64,000 nt of DNA from Ginglymostoma cirratum (lineage: Eukaryota). Where the stretch lies: NCBI GenBank assembly GCA_024137785.1, contig JAHRHZ010000248.1, positions 29,568,093 to 29,632,092 on the forward strand, written 5' to 3'. Below the pieces are notes generated by a model. That model worked only from the letters and a program-made list of their open reading frames with translations. It was not told the origin of the DNA and ran no database searches. Numbering within the stretch: the stretch's first letter is position 1; each line of letters begins with the position of its first letter. The translations under genes were made by a program, and so were the position numbers. Shown here piece after piece: positions 25,890 through 40,449 of this stretch.

Positions 25890-26198
25890 ATCCTTTTATT
25901 AATTCGTTCATGGGCTGGGCCAGCATTTATTCCTAATTGTCCAGAGGGTAGTTAAGAGTCACCTATGTCGCTGTGGGTTGGGAGTCATGTGTAGGCCAGT
26001 TCATTTATGGCAGATTTCCTTTCCTGAAGGACATTATTGGTGTTGGTCATTTGGCAAAAATTTAGTTCCAGATTTTTTTTCACTGAATTCAAATTTTGCC
26101 ATCTGCCATTTTGGGTTTCAAACCTGGGTCTCTGGAACGTTAACCTGGCATTCTGGATTACTGGACTTGTGACATTACCAGTACACCACCACCTCCCC
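25890..26198 (-). mobile_element. tRNA-derived SINE (second family)
   Basis: Reverse complement starts GGGGAGGTGGTGGTGTACTGGTAATGTCAC..GGTTTGAAACCC (A/B boxes) and ends AATAAATGCTGGCCCAGCCC; related fragments at ~33540-33718(-) and ~45500-45725(+). Confidence 0.65.
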
Positions 26199-26459
26199 TT
26201 AATGAAATGATGAAACATTTCCAGCACTGCTGTTAGTAGGTGGTTGAGACGACACTGATTGTTCAAACTGACTGTCTCCAGTACTCTTTACTCAGAACAC
26301 TTGTCTTAGGTGACAAAGACTATGGCCCAGATTTTAATGCCTCCAAATTTTTCAGAATGCAGTTGGGTGGGATTTAAAACCGATGGATGAAATCCTATTC
26401 AGGAATCACCGTATCCATTCCTGAAGCCTCCAAAAAGTAGTGGCACAAATAGATTACCC

Positions 26460-28033
26460 GCATCGGCCCAAGCTATGCCTGCCTCTTTGTAGGTTATGTG
26501 GAGCAATCCCTCTTCCGTACCTACACTGGCCCTAAACCTCACCTCTTCCTCCGTTACATTGATGACTGCATCGGCGCCGCCTCATGCTCCCACGAGGAGC
26601 TCGAACAGTTCATCCACTTCACCAACACCTTCCCCCCCAACCTGAAGTTCACCTGGACCATCTCCAACACTTCTCTCTCCTTCCTGGACCTCTCTGTCTC
26701 CATCTCGGGTAACCACCTAGAAACCGACGTCCATTTCAAGCCCACTGACTCCCACAGCTACCTGGAATACACCTCCTCCCACCCACCTTCCTGCAAAAAT
26801 GCCATCCCCTATTCCCAATTCCTTCGCCTCCACCGCATCTGCTCCCAGGATGAGACATTCCACTCCCTTACATCTCAGATGTCCTCATTCTTCAAGGACC
26901 GCAACTTCCCCCCCACAGTGGTTGAGAACGCCCTCGACCGTGTCTCCCGCATTTCCCGTAACTCAGCCCTCACACCCCGTCCCCGCAATAATAACCAAAA
27001 TAACCCCCTCATCCTCACGTACCACCCCACCAACCTCCGGATCCAACGCATCATCCTCCGACACTTCCGCCATCTGCAGTCAGACCCCACCACCAAAGAC
27101 ATCTTTCCCTCCCCACCCTTATCTGCCTTCCGGAGGGACCACTCCCTCCGCGACTCCCTTGTCCGCTCCACAGTCCCCTCCAGCCCCACCACACCCGGCA
27201 CTTTTCCCTGCAACCGCAGGAAGTGCTACACCTGCCCCACACCTCCTCCCTCACCCCAATCCCAGACACCAAGAAGACTTTCCACATCAAGCAGATGTTC
27301 ACCTGCACATCTGCCAATGTGGTATACTGCATCCGTTGTACCTGTTGTGGCTTCCTCTGCATCGGGGAAACCAAGCGGAGGCTTGGGGACCGCTTTGCAG
27401 AACACCTGCACTCAGTTCGCAACAAACAACTGCACCTCCCAGTCGCAAACCATTTCAACTCCCCCTCCCATTCCTCAGACGACATGTCCATCCTGGGCCT
27501 CCTGCAATGCCACAGTGATGCCACCCGAAGGCTACAGGAACAGCAAATCATATTCAGCCTGGGAACCCTGCAGCCCAATGGTATCAATGTGGATTTCACA
27601 AGCTTCAAAATCTCCCCTCCCACAACCGCATCCCAAAACCAGCCCAGCTCATCTCCACCTCCCTAACCTATTTTTCCTCTCACCTATCCCCTCCTCCCAC
27701 CTCAAGCCACACCCCCATCTCCTATCTACTAACATCATCCCACCCCTTTGACCTGTCCGTCCTCCCTGGACTGACCTATCTCCTCCCTACGCCCCCCACC
27801 TACACTCACCTTTACTGGCTCCATCCCCGCCTCTTCGACTTGTCTGCCTCCTCTCCACCTATCCTCTCCTCTATCCATCTTCTATCCGCCTCCCCCTCTC
27901 TCCCTATTTATTTCAGAACCCTCTTCCCCTCTCCCATTTCTGGTGAAGGGTCTAGGCCCGAAACATCAAGCTTTCCTGCTCCTATGATGCTGCTTGGCCT
28001 GCTGTGTTCATCCAGCCCCACAACTTGTTATCT
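26460..28033 (+). mobile_element. 5'-truncated Penelope-like element: RT C-half, GIY-YIG, pLTR with mutated hammerhead
   Basis: GPSYACLFVGY, RYIDD, VVYCIRC..CIGETKRRLGDRFAEH, PVANHFN; one frameshift near 27240; hammerhead 27937-27970 reads CTGGTGA..GAAACATC. Confidence 0.95.
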
Positions 28034-28364
28034 CTCATTTCTAACCCAGTCACCTCCGTAGGCATCTCCTATAGTCATGTCATTTTCATGGAGTCATTTC
28101 AGCTTCTCCTCTCTCCTGGGTCTTGGCCATTTACATGAGTTGTGAACTATGATCTGTATTCATGGGCCTTTTGAAAGATAAAGTCAAGTAGCTTTGTTGA
28201 TGTTCCTTATGATTTTCCCATGTCAATGTAGGTCGCCCACCCATCCCTAATAGCCTCTCAGATCTTTAATGACATCTCATGCTCCCCATTTTCAGCTCTT
28301 CAAATAGCTCCATGTATCGTCCATGTGAACCCATGGCATTTTCCTGTCAATTCCCCTACTATAT

Positions 28365-28990
28365 AGATAGAGTCATAGAGTTGTACAGCACAGAAACAGA
28401 CTCTTCTGTCTAACTCATCCATGCTGACCAGATATCCTTTATAAATCAAGTCCCATTTGCCAGTATTTGGCTCATATCCCTCTGAGCCCTTCCTATCTAT
28501 ATACCCATCCAGATGCCTCTTAAATATTGTTACTGTACCAGCTTCCATCACTTCCTCTGGCAACTCATTCCATACATGCACCACTCTCTGCGTGAAAACG
28601 ACGTCCCTTAGGTCCCTTTTAAATCTTTCCCCTCTCACCTTAAACCTATGCCCTCTGGTTTTTGGGCACCCCACCCCAGGGAAAAGACCTTGTCTATTTA
28701 CCCTATCCATGCCCCTCATGATTTTATAAGCCTCTATGATGTCACCCCTCAGCCTATGATGCTGCAAGGAAAATAGTCCCAGCCTATTCAGCCTCTCCCT
28801 GTAGCTCAAACCCTCCAAGCCTAACAACATCCTTGTAAACCTTTTCTGAGCCCTTTCCAGTTTCACAACATCCTTCCAATAGCAGGAGGACCAGAATTGC
28901 ACACGGTGTTCCAAAAGTGGCCTAATCAATGTCCTGTACAGCTGCAACATGACCTCCCAACTCCTATACTCAATACACTGACCAACAAAT
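28365..28990 (-). mobile_element. CR1 LINE 3' end
   Basis: ORF 28300-28950(-): LQLYRTLIRPLLEH..RGHRFKVRG..FTQRVVHVWNELP; tail CTATGACTCTATCTAT. Confidence 0.93.
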
Positions 28991-29479
28991 TCTGTACAAT
29001 GAATCCTAAAGTAGCAATTCCATGTGTGGAACTGCCATTTAGGATTTTCTTTACTAAAGTGCAGCTACTAAAATGCAATAACGATGTCAATCAACTGGAC
29101 CTTTAAAATATCAGTAATGTAAGCTTGTAACGTAATAATGTAAGCACTTGGCACATCTTTATCTTATGCAAATACTCATCAAATCACCAACAAAATAGAT
29201 CACATTTAAAAAAGTTTATTATGAAATCATCAAGCTGTTGATCAGTAAAAATTTTCCTTTCTTTCCACATTAGGATCTTTTATGGGAGTCTGGGCTCTCA
29301 GCCAAGCATAATTGTTTAAATAAGCTCTTAAAAAATCATGCTTTAAAACTGAAAGCTTAATTTAATAATGAAAATAGGCCCTTAAGTGTTTATATAACAT
29401 ACTCTTGCAAGGTTTCGCTTATAAATAGAAGCCTGGAATACCAAGGCAAGTACATTGTAATTAACATTTTAAAACACAA

Positions 29480-30000
29480 TGATTTAGCTTCAACTGAAAT
29501 CATGTATCTAATTTTGGACTTCACATTTAGGGAAGAATTCAAAGGTATCAAAAAGAATGCAAAAGAGATTTACAAAAATAGTTCCAAAGATGAAGGATTT
29601 AAAGTGATTTGATTGATTGGAGATGCTGTGATTTTTCTTCCCAAAGACAAGAAAATTAAGAAAGATTTGACAGAAGTATTCAACATTATGAGAGATCTGG
29701 ATAAAAGTAAGAGAAAACTGTTGTTAAAACTTAGAAGACATTGATTTAATATAATTTACAAAGGAACCAAAATGACCAAAGTCTTGTGCAGCAATTGGTT
29801 AGGATTGGGAATGCACTTTCAGAGAGCATCGTGAAAGCAGATATAACAGATTTTCAAACACAGATGTAGATATGCACTTGAAGAGAAAAAAATTGGAGGG
29901 CAATGAGAATAAGAAAGCAGGAGAATGGGGCTCAATGATTTGCACTTGAAAATGGCATGCATGTATACAACAGACAGTATGGTCCTTTTCTGTGCTTTAT
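29480..30000 (+). mobile_element. Old CR1 3' fragment (another at ~30430-30680)
   Basis: Degenerate match to CR1 RT C-terminus (AAAAGAGATTTACAA, TGGGAATGCACT) and 3' UTR. Confidence 0.6.
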
Positions 30001-31739
30001 GATTTGTTGATTTTCTGAAGCATATGTATGAAAACTGAAGCTATGTCTTTTAGATGTCTTTTACATACTTCCACATGTGTATGCAAGGCAAGATGCCCAA
30101 GGATAGAGCAATGGGGATCATGAGAGGAAGACAAAAATAACAGTAAGAACTGCCAGAATGAAAAGTAAAAATAAACTTGCAATGAAAATCAAATTTAACA
30201 CAATTTTTGCATACTTGGAAATGAAATGGTAGTGAAGAGTAATATGGGCACTTTAGAAACAGTTCATGAACTCCTTACATTACGTGTTGGAGCTTACAAG
30301 ACAGGAGAAAGGGGTTTAAGGAGAAGCTTTGTCATTTTGTTTTCTCGGATTTAAATGAAAGAAGTCTGGCAAAAATTATATAAGGCACTAGTTACAAGAC
30401 ACCAGAAAACATAAACTGGCATTAGAGGCAGTCCAGATAAAGTTAGAACAGTGATGAGGAGGAATTTCTTCTCTTAGAATATAATCATTCTATTGAATTC
30501 TTTACCACAGAGGACTGGAGAGGTTGGGTCATTAAGCATTTTCAAGATTGAGAGACAAATGTTTAATCAGTAAGGGAATATAGGATTAAAGGGAAATGCA
30601 GGAAGAGTTGAGTTGAGGATTATCAGATCAGCATTGAATGGCAGAACTGACTCGATGAGCCGAATGGCTTCTTTCTCTTCCTATATCTTATGGTCTTAAA
30701 TAGTGACAAGGTCTGGCAGAGGACACTTAAGCCCCTCAGTGATCCAAATAGGTCTTGTAGTTGATCGATAAACCAGTTAAGTTGCATACAAACACTGAAT
30801 TGTGTTCCACATATTTAAAAGTGTGAAGATGGTGCTCAGTCCAGAGGAAATCACCAAGATGTAGGAAGATAAATATTTTACTGTAGACAACAGCATCAAA
30901 CGTGGCAAAAAGAAGGTTGTCTTAATCAGTAACACTGACGTGTATTCTTTAATATGATATCTCTGTCTCCCTCCGCATACCATGAAAAATCTTGCCCTCA
31001 GCGCATTTATAATTGCACTTTCAAGATTCAAACTTCCAAACCTTTGGTTTTTCACCTGTCACGGTAATATCCACTTCTTTTGATCTGCTCAATCAATGCC
31101 TCCTTTCTGCCTTTAACATTAAAGTTATAACTGAGCTGGCACCTGCAATGTCCTTTCTCTCAGCTGCCAGCTATGTGCCCAGTGAGATCCATTCATACAA
31201 TATCACCTTTAATCTAGTGAATAAATTCTACATATTCTTAATATCTGAGTTAGTGTTTGCAAGAGTCAAACCAATTGATGTCACATTTTCCCAAACATTT
31301 GCCTCTTTTCCTTTGAGTAGCCCAAATGGTTACTCATTCTTACTATCTGAGCTGAGATGAGAAGCAAGGATTAATCTTTTTAAATCAAGGAAGGCCAGGG
31401 AGAGAGAAGTCAGGTTAAAAATATCCAGTATTTACCATATAGTGCTGTTGAGAATGAGGAATGAAAGAAACAACAGGAGTTATGTGAAAAGAAACTCTAT
31501 ATAACATCACCATAACCTTGATTGAGCTCCTTATAATGATGGCCAACACAATCCTCCAGCCTGCTATTCTGACATCCACTATAACTTTTCCTGCAAGAGT
31601 CAAGGGATATATTAGTGAATGTTTTGTCAGGGGTGTTTAGAGAATCACGCTTTCATGATGGAACAACAGGTAGTATGTGAGATATGAGTTGTGTGCAAGT
31701 GAAAGTTGTAATAACGGGTGAGTATGAAGAAACAATCTC

Positions 31740-32775
31740 TAATGCAGAGCTGGTCCGGCAGCATGTGGGGAGAGAAACCAGAGTTACTATTCCGAGTCCA
31801 GTGAACATTCTTCAGAACTGAATGCAGCTAGGAAAAGGGTGATATAAATGCTGATGTTTGAGTGTTGTGGAGAGGGCTAGCAGGCGTGTGGAGATGGAGA
31901 TCAGAGAGAGAAGAAAAGAGATTGTTAATATTAAACACAGAGAAGAAGAAAAGCTCAAAAGATGACATTGGAAACTATGAGTAGTTGAAAATGGGTGGAC
32001 TGTGCAGAAAGCAACTCAATTTTTGACAATATCTGGGACTGTGAGAGTAGGTAATAGACATGGAAGGAGATAATCATGCTCTGAAATTGTTAAGCTCCAT
32101 GTAGAGTCCTGAAGGCTGTAAGCTATCTAAAAGGAAGATGAGGTGTTGTTCTTTCAGATTGTGTTAAGTTTCACTGGAACATTACAGCTGACCTGAGACA
32201 ATTGTTGGCATGGAAGCATGATGTATTGGAGTGGCAGGCAGTAGGAAGCTCAGGGGCACATTTACCCACAGAACATCTGTGATCTGCAAATTGGTCACCC
32301 AATCTGCATTTCACCTCCCAATTGTAGAGAGATCACATTGTGAGCAGCAAATACAGTAGACCATATTGGCTGAAGTGCAGGTAAATCATTCCTTCTTCTG
32401 GAAGCTGTGTCTGGGGCCTTGGATGGTGAGGAAGGAGGAGGAGGCTTCTAGGTGGAGCAGTGTTTTAGAGACTTCAGGATTCAACATTGAATTTAACAAA
32501 AAAATGGAAAGAGCTATGGATTCTGGAAATCGGAAGCAAAAACAAAAATTGCTGAAAAATCTCAGCAGGTCTGGCAGCATCTGTGGAGAGAAATCAGAGT
32601 TAATGTTTCGTGTCCAGTCGCCCTTCTTCAGAACAATGTTTCAAATCCAGCGACCCTTCTTCAGAACAAGATTAAGCTCTGAAGAAAGGTCACTGGACCT
32701 GAAACATTAACTTTGATTTCTTTCCACAGATGCTGCCAAACTTGCTGAGATTTTCCAGAAATTTCTGTTTTTGAT
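31740..32775. mobile_element. Degenerate Penelope GIY-YIG fragment (minus) plus several family B pLTR pieces, the last two inverted
   Basis: 32060-32440 parallels 14-360; pLTR pieces at ~31745-31820(-), 32520-32667(-) and 32677-32775(+), the last with CTGAAGA-A-AGGTCACTGGACCT-GAAACATTAACT. Confidence 0.75.
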
Positions 32776-35243
32776 TGAGTTTAACAACTTCAGAGCATGA
32801 ACACCTCCTTTCAAGCCTATTACCTACCCCACTGCCACAGGTCCTGTCATGAAATTGGTAGCTTTTAGCACAGCCAACCCATTTCCAAATACTCACAGAT
32901 CTTCCTTTACAGGCGTGAAGCCAATAGATAGTATTGTCTCCAGTTTACAGAACAATGATCAAGTAGCACAAATACCATAAGCTGTCCAAACTATTACAGA
33001 CAAGCAAATGCTGCACATGCCCCATCTCCTCCATGCCTGAATTGGTACAATTGGGTTTCTAGGCCACAGCCTTTATGTTAGTTTTACTTTACATGTACTG
33101 GTTGTCTAGAAGGTTATTACACATTTTTGAAATTGTTGTTATGACATTTGGGGAACATTTCTGTCTCCTCTGTTATTGCTGTTGTCAAGTTTTACATAGA
33201 AACAGCACCACAAAATAAAGAGATAAAGACAGATTGATTATTTGTCTAGAAATAATGCATTTGTGCTAATGCTGAATTAGCGACCATAATGCATAGGCTA
33301 GCATTGTGGTCCACTAATGCAGAAAAGGAAAATCTTGGGCTGAAAACACAGTTCACGGAGATTGTGTGTACTCAACTAGAGGGAGGTGAGAGTTTTTTCT
33401 TATTCTTTACTGGCATATCTCTTATTGCTCTTCAACTGATTAGCTTACTAAGCCATTATTCGGATGGCAATTTGAAATCAACCATTGCGTGTCAGAAGTT
33501 ACATTAGGATAGGAGTTTCTTCCCCAAATGTGGGCTTTTCTTTTTAAAAAATGATGCATGGTCACCATCACTGAGAACAACTCTCCATTCCAGCTTCATT
33601 CATGGCACTTCAACTCCACCAGCTGCAATGGTGGGAGTTGAACCCATGACTCCAAAAACATTTCACTGTCCCAGTGGAGTACTAGTCTGACAACGTCATC
33701 ACAAAACACCATCTCCCCTTTATAATCACGCATCCTATTATACATTGAGAGTCTTCATTAGAAAAAATGTTTTACATGTTATTTTTGATTGCTATCTTCA
33801 GGTATGCTATATGAATGGAATGTTTTCCATTAGGGTGAAAGATCATTGTCGACAAAGATCAAAATTTGCTATAATATCTATTCTTTACCTTGAATGGTGA
33901 ACCTGATGCGACTAACATTAAACTATGATCCCCAGTCTTACAAATAGTTTCAACAGAAATGAAATGTGATTAGCAGTCCTGCCTGAAACATTAGCTGGAG
34001 CTGGGGAGGTTTTTCTAGATGTTTGCAGCATGACTGGATTGTTGTCCTTTGCTGAGGGATATGCAGCTGTCTGCCACTTTCTTACTGGTTCCATTATCCA
34101 CGTGGTGGACCTCGAAGAGCTCAGCAGAGCTGGGAATTGACAGTTCCTCCAATTGATGCTGATTGCTGAAGGCACAGCTGCCAGTGGTTGGGGTAAAGAA
34201 ATAGGAGAAGGGCAAGAGGTCTGAGTTGCAGAAAAGGCATAGTTCTCAGAGAATTGGGGGACGATAAGGAAGTACTGAGGCCACGGAGGAATTTGAATCA
34301 AGAGGTGCGGATTTAAAATTGAGACATTGCTGGACTGGGAGACAATGTAGATCAGTGAACATGGGATGATATGTCAATGAGAGTTACTTAATGAGAGGAT
34401 ACAGGCAGCAGAATTTTGGATGAACTTGAGTTACTGGAACGTGGAAAATTGGTTAACAGTAAGCCAGCCATTGGAATAGTCATGTCTGGAGGTACAAAGA
34501 TCGTGGATGAGAGACTGGACAACAGATGGCCTGGGCCAGAGATGGGCAATCACGTTTCGAATTTATCTTTTGCTCCACACCATTAACTAGTTTTATGAAA
34601 ATGTACACTCCCGCTCATTTCTTGTTTTCCTTAGTGTATTAGCACAAGAGCTTATACTTGGCTTAAATTACATCTGCCACCTGCTTGCCCAGTTCCCTAA
34701 GCGTTACTTCTTGACGTTTTGTTTTACAGGCCTTCTTCGCTATTTGCTTAACTGTTATTTACTTGTCCCCTCCCAAACCGAACTATCTATTTCTTCCACA
34801 TGCAACAGTTCTAATTTTTTTCATACAGCCAATATAATTCAAGTGACAACATATACTTCCCTACTTTTTTTTCGAACTGAAACGCACTCGGGCATTTGCT
34901 AAGCATTCATTAATGAAACCTTGAGCTTGTCGGGTAAGGAGAGGGAGACTATTCCAGTCACATTTACCCTGCAGCCGGGGAATGGAGGGAGGCAGCGCCG
35001 GTGCAGTATGTATGTCGACTGTGGGGGTTTCACAGAGCAACGCGACGTATCACCAACGCAACCACCTACCATTTCTGCATTGCAGAATTTTGACTCCGTC
35101 CATTTTTATTTCACATATAAAGCAGCACAATACATTGTCAATATAACCGACTTACTTTTCTCTTCATTTTTTATCTCCCTCTCTTGTTAAGATAAGCGAA
35201 CAGATATGGGCCTGCTTTCCATTTACTGTTGAAGCGGTGCACT

Positions 35244-35422
35244 ATGAGGATTTGCAGGATGGTTCGTATGGCGAGTGTGCTGGGTTTGGTGATGTTAAGC
35301 GTCGCTCTGCTTATTTTATCGCTGATCAGCTATGTCTCACTGAAAAAGGATAACCTCTTCGCCACCCCACGATATCTAGGTTCAGCCGGCCCTAGGCTCT
35401 ATATGTTACACAGTGGATTTCG
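35244..35422 (+). CDS. ST8SIA3: ST8SIA3 alpha-2,8-sialyltransferase III, coding exon 1 (179 nt; cytoplasmic tail and TM signal-anchor)
   Basis: ATG at 35244 gives MRICRMVRMASVLGLVMLSVALLILSLISYVSLKKD...SGFR, matching the recalled vertebrate ST8SIA3 N-terminus; donor CG|GTAAGT at 35422/35423. Confidence 0.97.
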
Positions 35423-37139
35423 GTAAGTCAAAGGAAAAAAAAAACAACCATTTCGTTTATATGTATAAAGCCTATGATCGAAATCGACGGAATCTATGCA
35501 AAATTAGACAGCTTTATCAGTTTGCGGCCCCGGTACCCGCTTTGCTTTCCAGTCGATTGATCGTTGGATTAAACTTCAAATAGCAACAACAAAAGAACTG
35601 CATCATGTTTTATTTTCAGAAAGTAATGATGGTTTTGCTTGAAAGAAGCATGCAGACCCGTGCATCTTTGCAGGCGCAGAGCATCTCTCTGACATGTTCA
35701 ATTTCTCTGTTTACCCTTACTCCCCTCCCCCATCATCACAGTCCCTCTACAGGCACCACGATTGAACCAGCGATGTGTATTATCCATAGCCCGCCCCCGC
35801 CTCGTTCCATGTACAAGAACAGGTTGGGGTTGGGGTAGGAGGGATGGGGGGGATTTAATGGGTTGGAATATTTGGGGGCATGGGCCCGCTAGACCAGATG
35901 TTTACGGACTGTAGTCCTTTAGTGACTGATGTACGGCTGGGCTGTGGTATTGTAGCTGGACGCACGCAGTGGTCTGTCGATGCTGGTGAAGCCGTCTCCC
36001 CCACTGTCAGGGCGTCCTACAGAACAATCATCCCTCATTTAAGAGGGAGGGGATGGCTAAACACTTCAGTCGGAATGTTGCTGTTGTTTATGCGTCCAGA
36101 TAATTGTAACTGTTGAGGTTTTCATCATACGGACAGATATACCCAATGTGCTTGTAAAACAAATAACATGTTTGTTACAGCCCTCAGGCTGCATTCGCAA
36201 GCAGCACCCACCCAGTTGGAAAGAATTTGTGCAAAGTATCAAAATTTAAAGAAGAAATCGAGAACATTGTTTGGACACATCATAACCAAATGAGCATGTT
36301 CCTTTAAACATACATAAAGAATCTGATTTCATGGACTTATTTTGGAAGCGTTTGTCTAAAGTCTCGGAACCTTTCAAGAAATTAATTGTATTCCTGACCT
36401 GAGTCCTATTATCACAAGGCAGATTTGCTTTAAAGGGCTCTGATAATCAGCGCAGCTTTGTGCCAGTCGCCACAGTGTATATGAATATCAAGTGAAATCC
36501 ATTCTAAAACTTCCTGTAATGCAGGCATTGGTTCTCCTACAATTGCTGGAATTGAGATGATGGGGTGCAATTTTTCAAATATGCTATTCGTCCAATGCAC
36601 TATTTCCAATGGTATTGATCGAACGTGACGGTTCATTTGCACACACCGTATTTTGCATTTACATAGCCCCTTTAATACAGTAAAATGTTCCAAACTTATT
36701 CACAAAAGAAAAATAAATGATACGCAGACAAGGGAAACATCTGAATGGTATCTCAAAGCTGGGTCAGAGAAGTGTAATTTAAGGTGCTTCCTCAATGGGA
36801 AAAGTTTTGAATGGAGGTTTGCTGAACTTGAGGCCTCATGCACTGACAGCACAGAGATGCAGGAAAACCTGTTAAGTACATGGGACCAAAATAATAGCAA
36901 TGTGCCTTATTGCATTTAATAAAAGAGGAAATATCCAACCAGAGACAAATGTTTAACAAAGCCAGGAAAGTAATCTGGTGTAAAATCAAACAAATTTAAA
37001 ATGAACAACTCAATTCGCAGAATAGACAGTGAGCTCTATTGGTCATTGTCAAAAATAGTAGTGCATTTGATAATGGCGAATCTATTTTTATTGAATTAAC
37101 TAAACACATATAACTAGTCTGCTCACCATACGTCTCATG

Positions 37140-38510
37140 TACGCATGGTAGACTGGTTAGTGAGGTTAGATCACATGGGATCCAGAGGAAGCTAGCCAAT
37201 TGGATACAAAATTGGCTCGAAGGTAGGAGATAGGGGATGGTAGACCGGAGGCCTGTGACTAATGGTGTACTACAAGGATCAGTGCTGGGTTCACTGCTTT
37301 TCATCATATATCAACATGATTTGGATGTGGATATAGGACATATGGTTAGTAAATTTGCAGATGACAGCAAGTGTAGTGAAGATGATTTTCTCAGAGTACA
37401 ATTGAACCTTGATCAGATGGGCCAATGGGCTGAGGAGTGGCAGATAGTGTTTAACTTAGATAAATGTGAGGTGTTGCATTTTGGTAAGGCAAACCAGGGC
37501 AGGACTTATGCAGTAAGTGGTTGAGCCCTGGAGGATGTTGCCAAACAAAGAGACCCAGGAATGCAGGTGTGTAGTTCCTTTAAAATAGCGGGTGGCACAG
37601 TGGCACAGTGGTTAGCACTGCTGCCTCACAGCGCCAGGGACCCGGGTTCAATTCCACTCTCGAGCGACTGTCTCTGTGGAGTTTGCATTTGCACATTCTC
37701 CCCATATCTGCATGGGTTTCCTCTCATAGTCCAAAGATGTGTAGGCTAGGTGGGTTATAGGGGATGAGTTTGGGTGGGTACTCCGAGGGTTGGTGTGGAC
37801 TTGTTGGACCAAAGGGCTTGTTTCCACACTTTAGGTCTTCTATGATCTATGAAGTTACAAGCAGAGACGGTGGTGAAGAAGGCATTGGGAACGCTTGCCT
37901 TTGTTGGTCATAACATTAAGTATAGGAATTGGGATGTCATGTTGCAGCAGTTCAGGACATTGGTTAAGGCCACTTTTGAAATGACTTTATACATTTCTGG
38001 TCATCCTTCTATAGGAAGGATGTTGTTAAACTTGAGAGGGTGCAGAAAAAGATTTACAAGAATGTTTCCAGGACTGGAGGGTTAGAGCTATAGGGAGAGG
38101 CTGAATAGGTTCAGGCTATTTTTTCCTAGACCATCAGAGACTGAGGGTTGACCTCATACAGGTTTATAATTTCATGAGGGGCATGGATAGGGTGAATAGC
38201 CAAGGTCTTTTTCCTAGTATGGGCGAGTCCAATTCTATAGGACATAGATTTAAGGTGAGGGGGAAAGATTTAGAATGAATCTTTTTCATGAAGAGGGTGG
38301 TGCGTGTCTGGAATGAGCTGCCAGAGGAAGTGGTGGAGGCTGGTACAATTTCAACATTTAAAAGACATCTGAATGGGTATATGATTAGGAAGGGTTTGGA
38401 AGGATATGGGCCAAATGCTGGCAAATGGAACTAGCTCAGATAGGGATGCCTGGTCAGCATGGATGAATTGGATTGAAGGATCTGTTTCTGTACTGCACGA
38501 CTCTATAACA
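37140..38510 (+). mobile_element. CR1 LINE 3' portion in ST8SIA3 intron 1 with nested HE1/V-SINE (~37588-37850)
   Basis: GVLQGSVLG, SKFADD, KCEVLHFG; SINE head GGGTGGCACAGTGGCACAGTGGTTAGCACT..GGTTCAATTCC interrupts it. Confidence 0.9.
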
Positions 38511-38659
38511 GAAAGCCCTTCATAGAAAGAAATTTCAATTGTAAAGCACATTATACAATCCTAGGACATCCTACAATGTTGACAGTACTATACTTCTGTA
38601 ATGCAGTAGATGTCCTGAGGGCATAAAAACTGGGTTTGAAAGTCAGTATTTTAATGTGG

Positions 38660-40449
38660 CCAAAGGTCTGCATCCTGAAAAGAGTACACCAAGAAAAAAT
38701 GGTCCAGAAATGATTGTAACTAAATAAGTTTCAGAATTAGAGGTTAGCAAATCTGTTACATCTGTTAGGCAAAATGATCAACTCTGACTTGGCCACTGCA
38801 AACCCACAATTTTATGGTTAGATGTTGGCAGACAATGAAAGGCTTTACATGAAGAAGCACCTAGAAAGCAACATGTGAATAAGAAACAGTCAGCCTGGAT
38901 TTAAAAGGGGTGATCCCAGCTGATAAATCTCCAGGACCCATCTGATTAAATTGCAAATTAAGGAGGAAGTGGAACTCTGGAAATTATTGTTTACTTAAAC
39001 TTTCAAAAACCAATAATCAATATAAAGATACTGCATGTAACATTGCAAATAAAACTGCCAGATATGAGAATCCTGAGTAATTCTGAGAACAGGATAAAAA
39101 GAAATTGAATAAATGTGAATCAGAAATTACTTATTAAAGAATGAATGGCAGACTATACAATGGCTCTGAAGGAGGAGGGTAAGGGTCAATGATTTGACAA
39201 TGTAGAAAAGCAGTTTAAGTTAACACTTCAAAATACTCAGCAGGGCTGTGAAATCCATATCTGCTAAAAATATATCAACTATATATGCAAGTGGAAAGTA
39301 CAATTTGGCTTGGCATCTGATGACATGGGTATGAACAAAACTCAGAAGATTGATTAGAAGTATCAAGGAAATAAACTGAAAGGTGGTCATAAAATAATGT
39401 AGCACTGAAAGAGGCTATCTATTCCATTAAGTTCATAAAAATAAAAAGAGATGCAGGCCACACGTAAAGAAAAAAAAGTGGAAAATTCACTGAGGTTGAA
39501 AATTTTGCAAAATAATCTGGGTGACATGACATAGATTTAACTTAGTGCATTGATTCCAAAGGTTTGCGTCATGAAAAGAGCACACCAGGAAAAAGAAGTC
39601 CAGAAATGATTATAACTAATTAAGTTTCAGAATTGGAGATTAGCAAATCTATTACATCTATTAGGCAAAATGATCAACTCTGACTTGGCCACTGCAAACC
39701 CACAATCTTATGGTTAGATGTTGGCAGATAATGAAAGGCATTACATGAAGAAGCACCGAGAAAGTAACACGTGAATAAGAAACATTCAGCCTGCATTTGG
39801 AAGGGGTGATCCTAGCTGATAAATCTCCAGGACCCATCTGGTTAAATTGCAAATTAAGGAGGAAATAGAACTCTGGAAATTATTGTTTACTTAAACTTTC
39901 AAAAACCAATAAACCGTATAAAGATACTGCATGTAACATTGCAAATAACGCTGCTAGATATGAGAATCACAAGTAATTCTTAGAACAGGGTAAAAAAATG
40001 TCTGAATAAATATGGATCGGAAATTACTCATCGGAGAATGAATGGCAGACTGTATAATGGTTCTGAGGGAGGAGGGTAAGGGTCAATGATTTGACAATGT
40101 AGGAAAGCAATTTAAGTTAACACTTCAGAATACTTAGCAGAGCTGTGAAATCCATGTCTGCTAAAAATATATAAACCGTATATGCAAGTGGAAGGTACAA
40201 TTTGGCTTGGCATCTGATGACATGGATTTGAACAAAAATCAGAAGATTGATTAGAAGTATCAAGGAAATAAACTGAAAGGTAGTCATAAAATCTTACAGC
40301 ACTGGAAGAGGCTATTTATCCCATTGAGTTCACAAAAATAAAAAGATGTGGGCCACATATAAAATTTTAAAAAGTGTAAAATTCACTGAGTTTGAAAATA
40401 TTGCAAAATAATCTGGGTGACATGACATAGATTTAACTTCGTACATTGA
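38660..40449 (+). repeat. Tandem duplication of a ~895-bp unit in ST8SIA3 intron 1
   Basis: Copies 38660-39553 and 39556-40449 are colinear from CCAAAGGT.TGC.TC.TGAAAAGAG to GTGACATGACATAGATTTAACTT.GT.CATTGA, with scattered substitutions. Confidence 0.95.

Noticed and set aside
1-34900. Exons of the upstream syntenic gene (WDR7 in human)
   Set aside because: No recognisable coding match found in the non-TE stretches.
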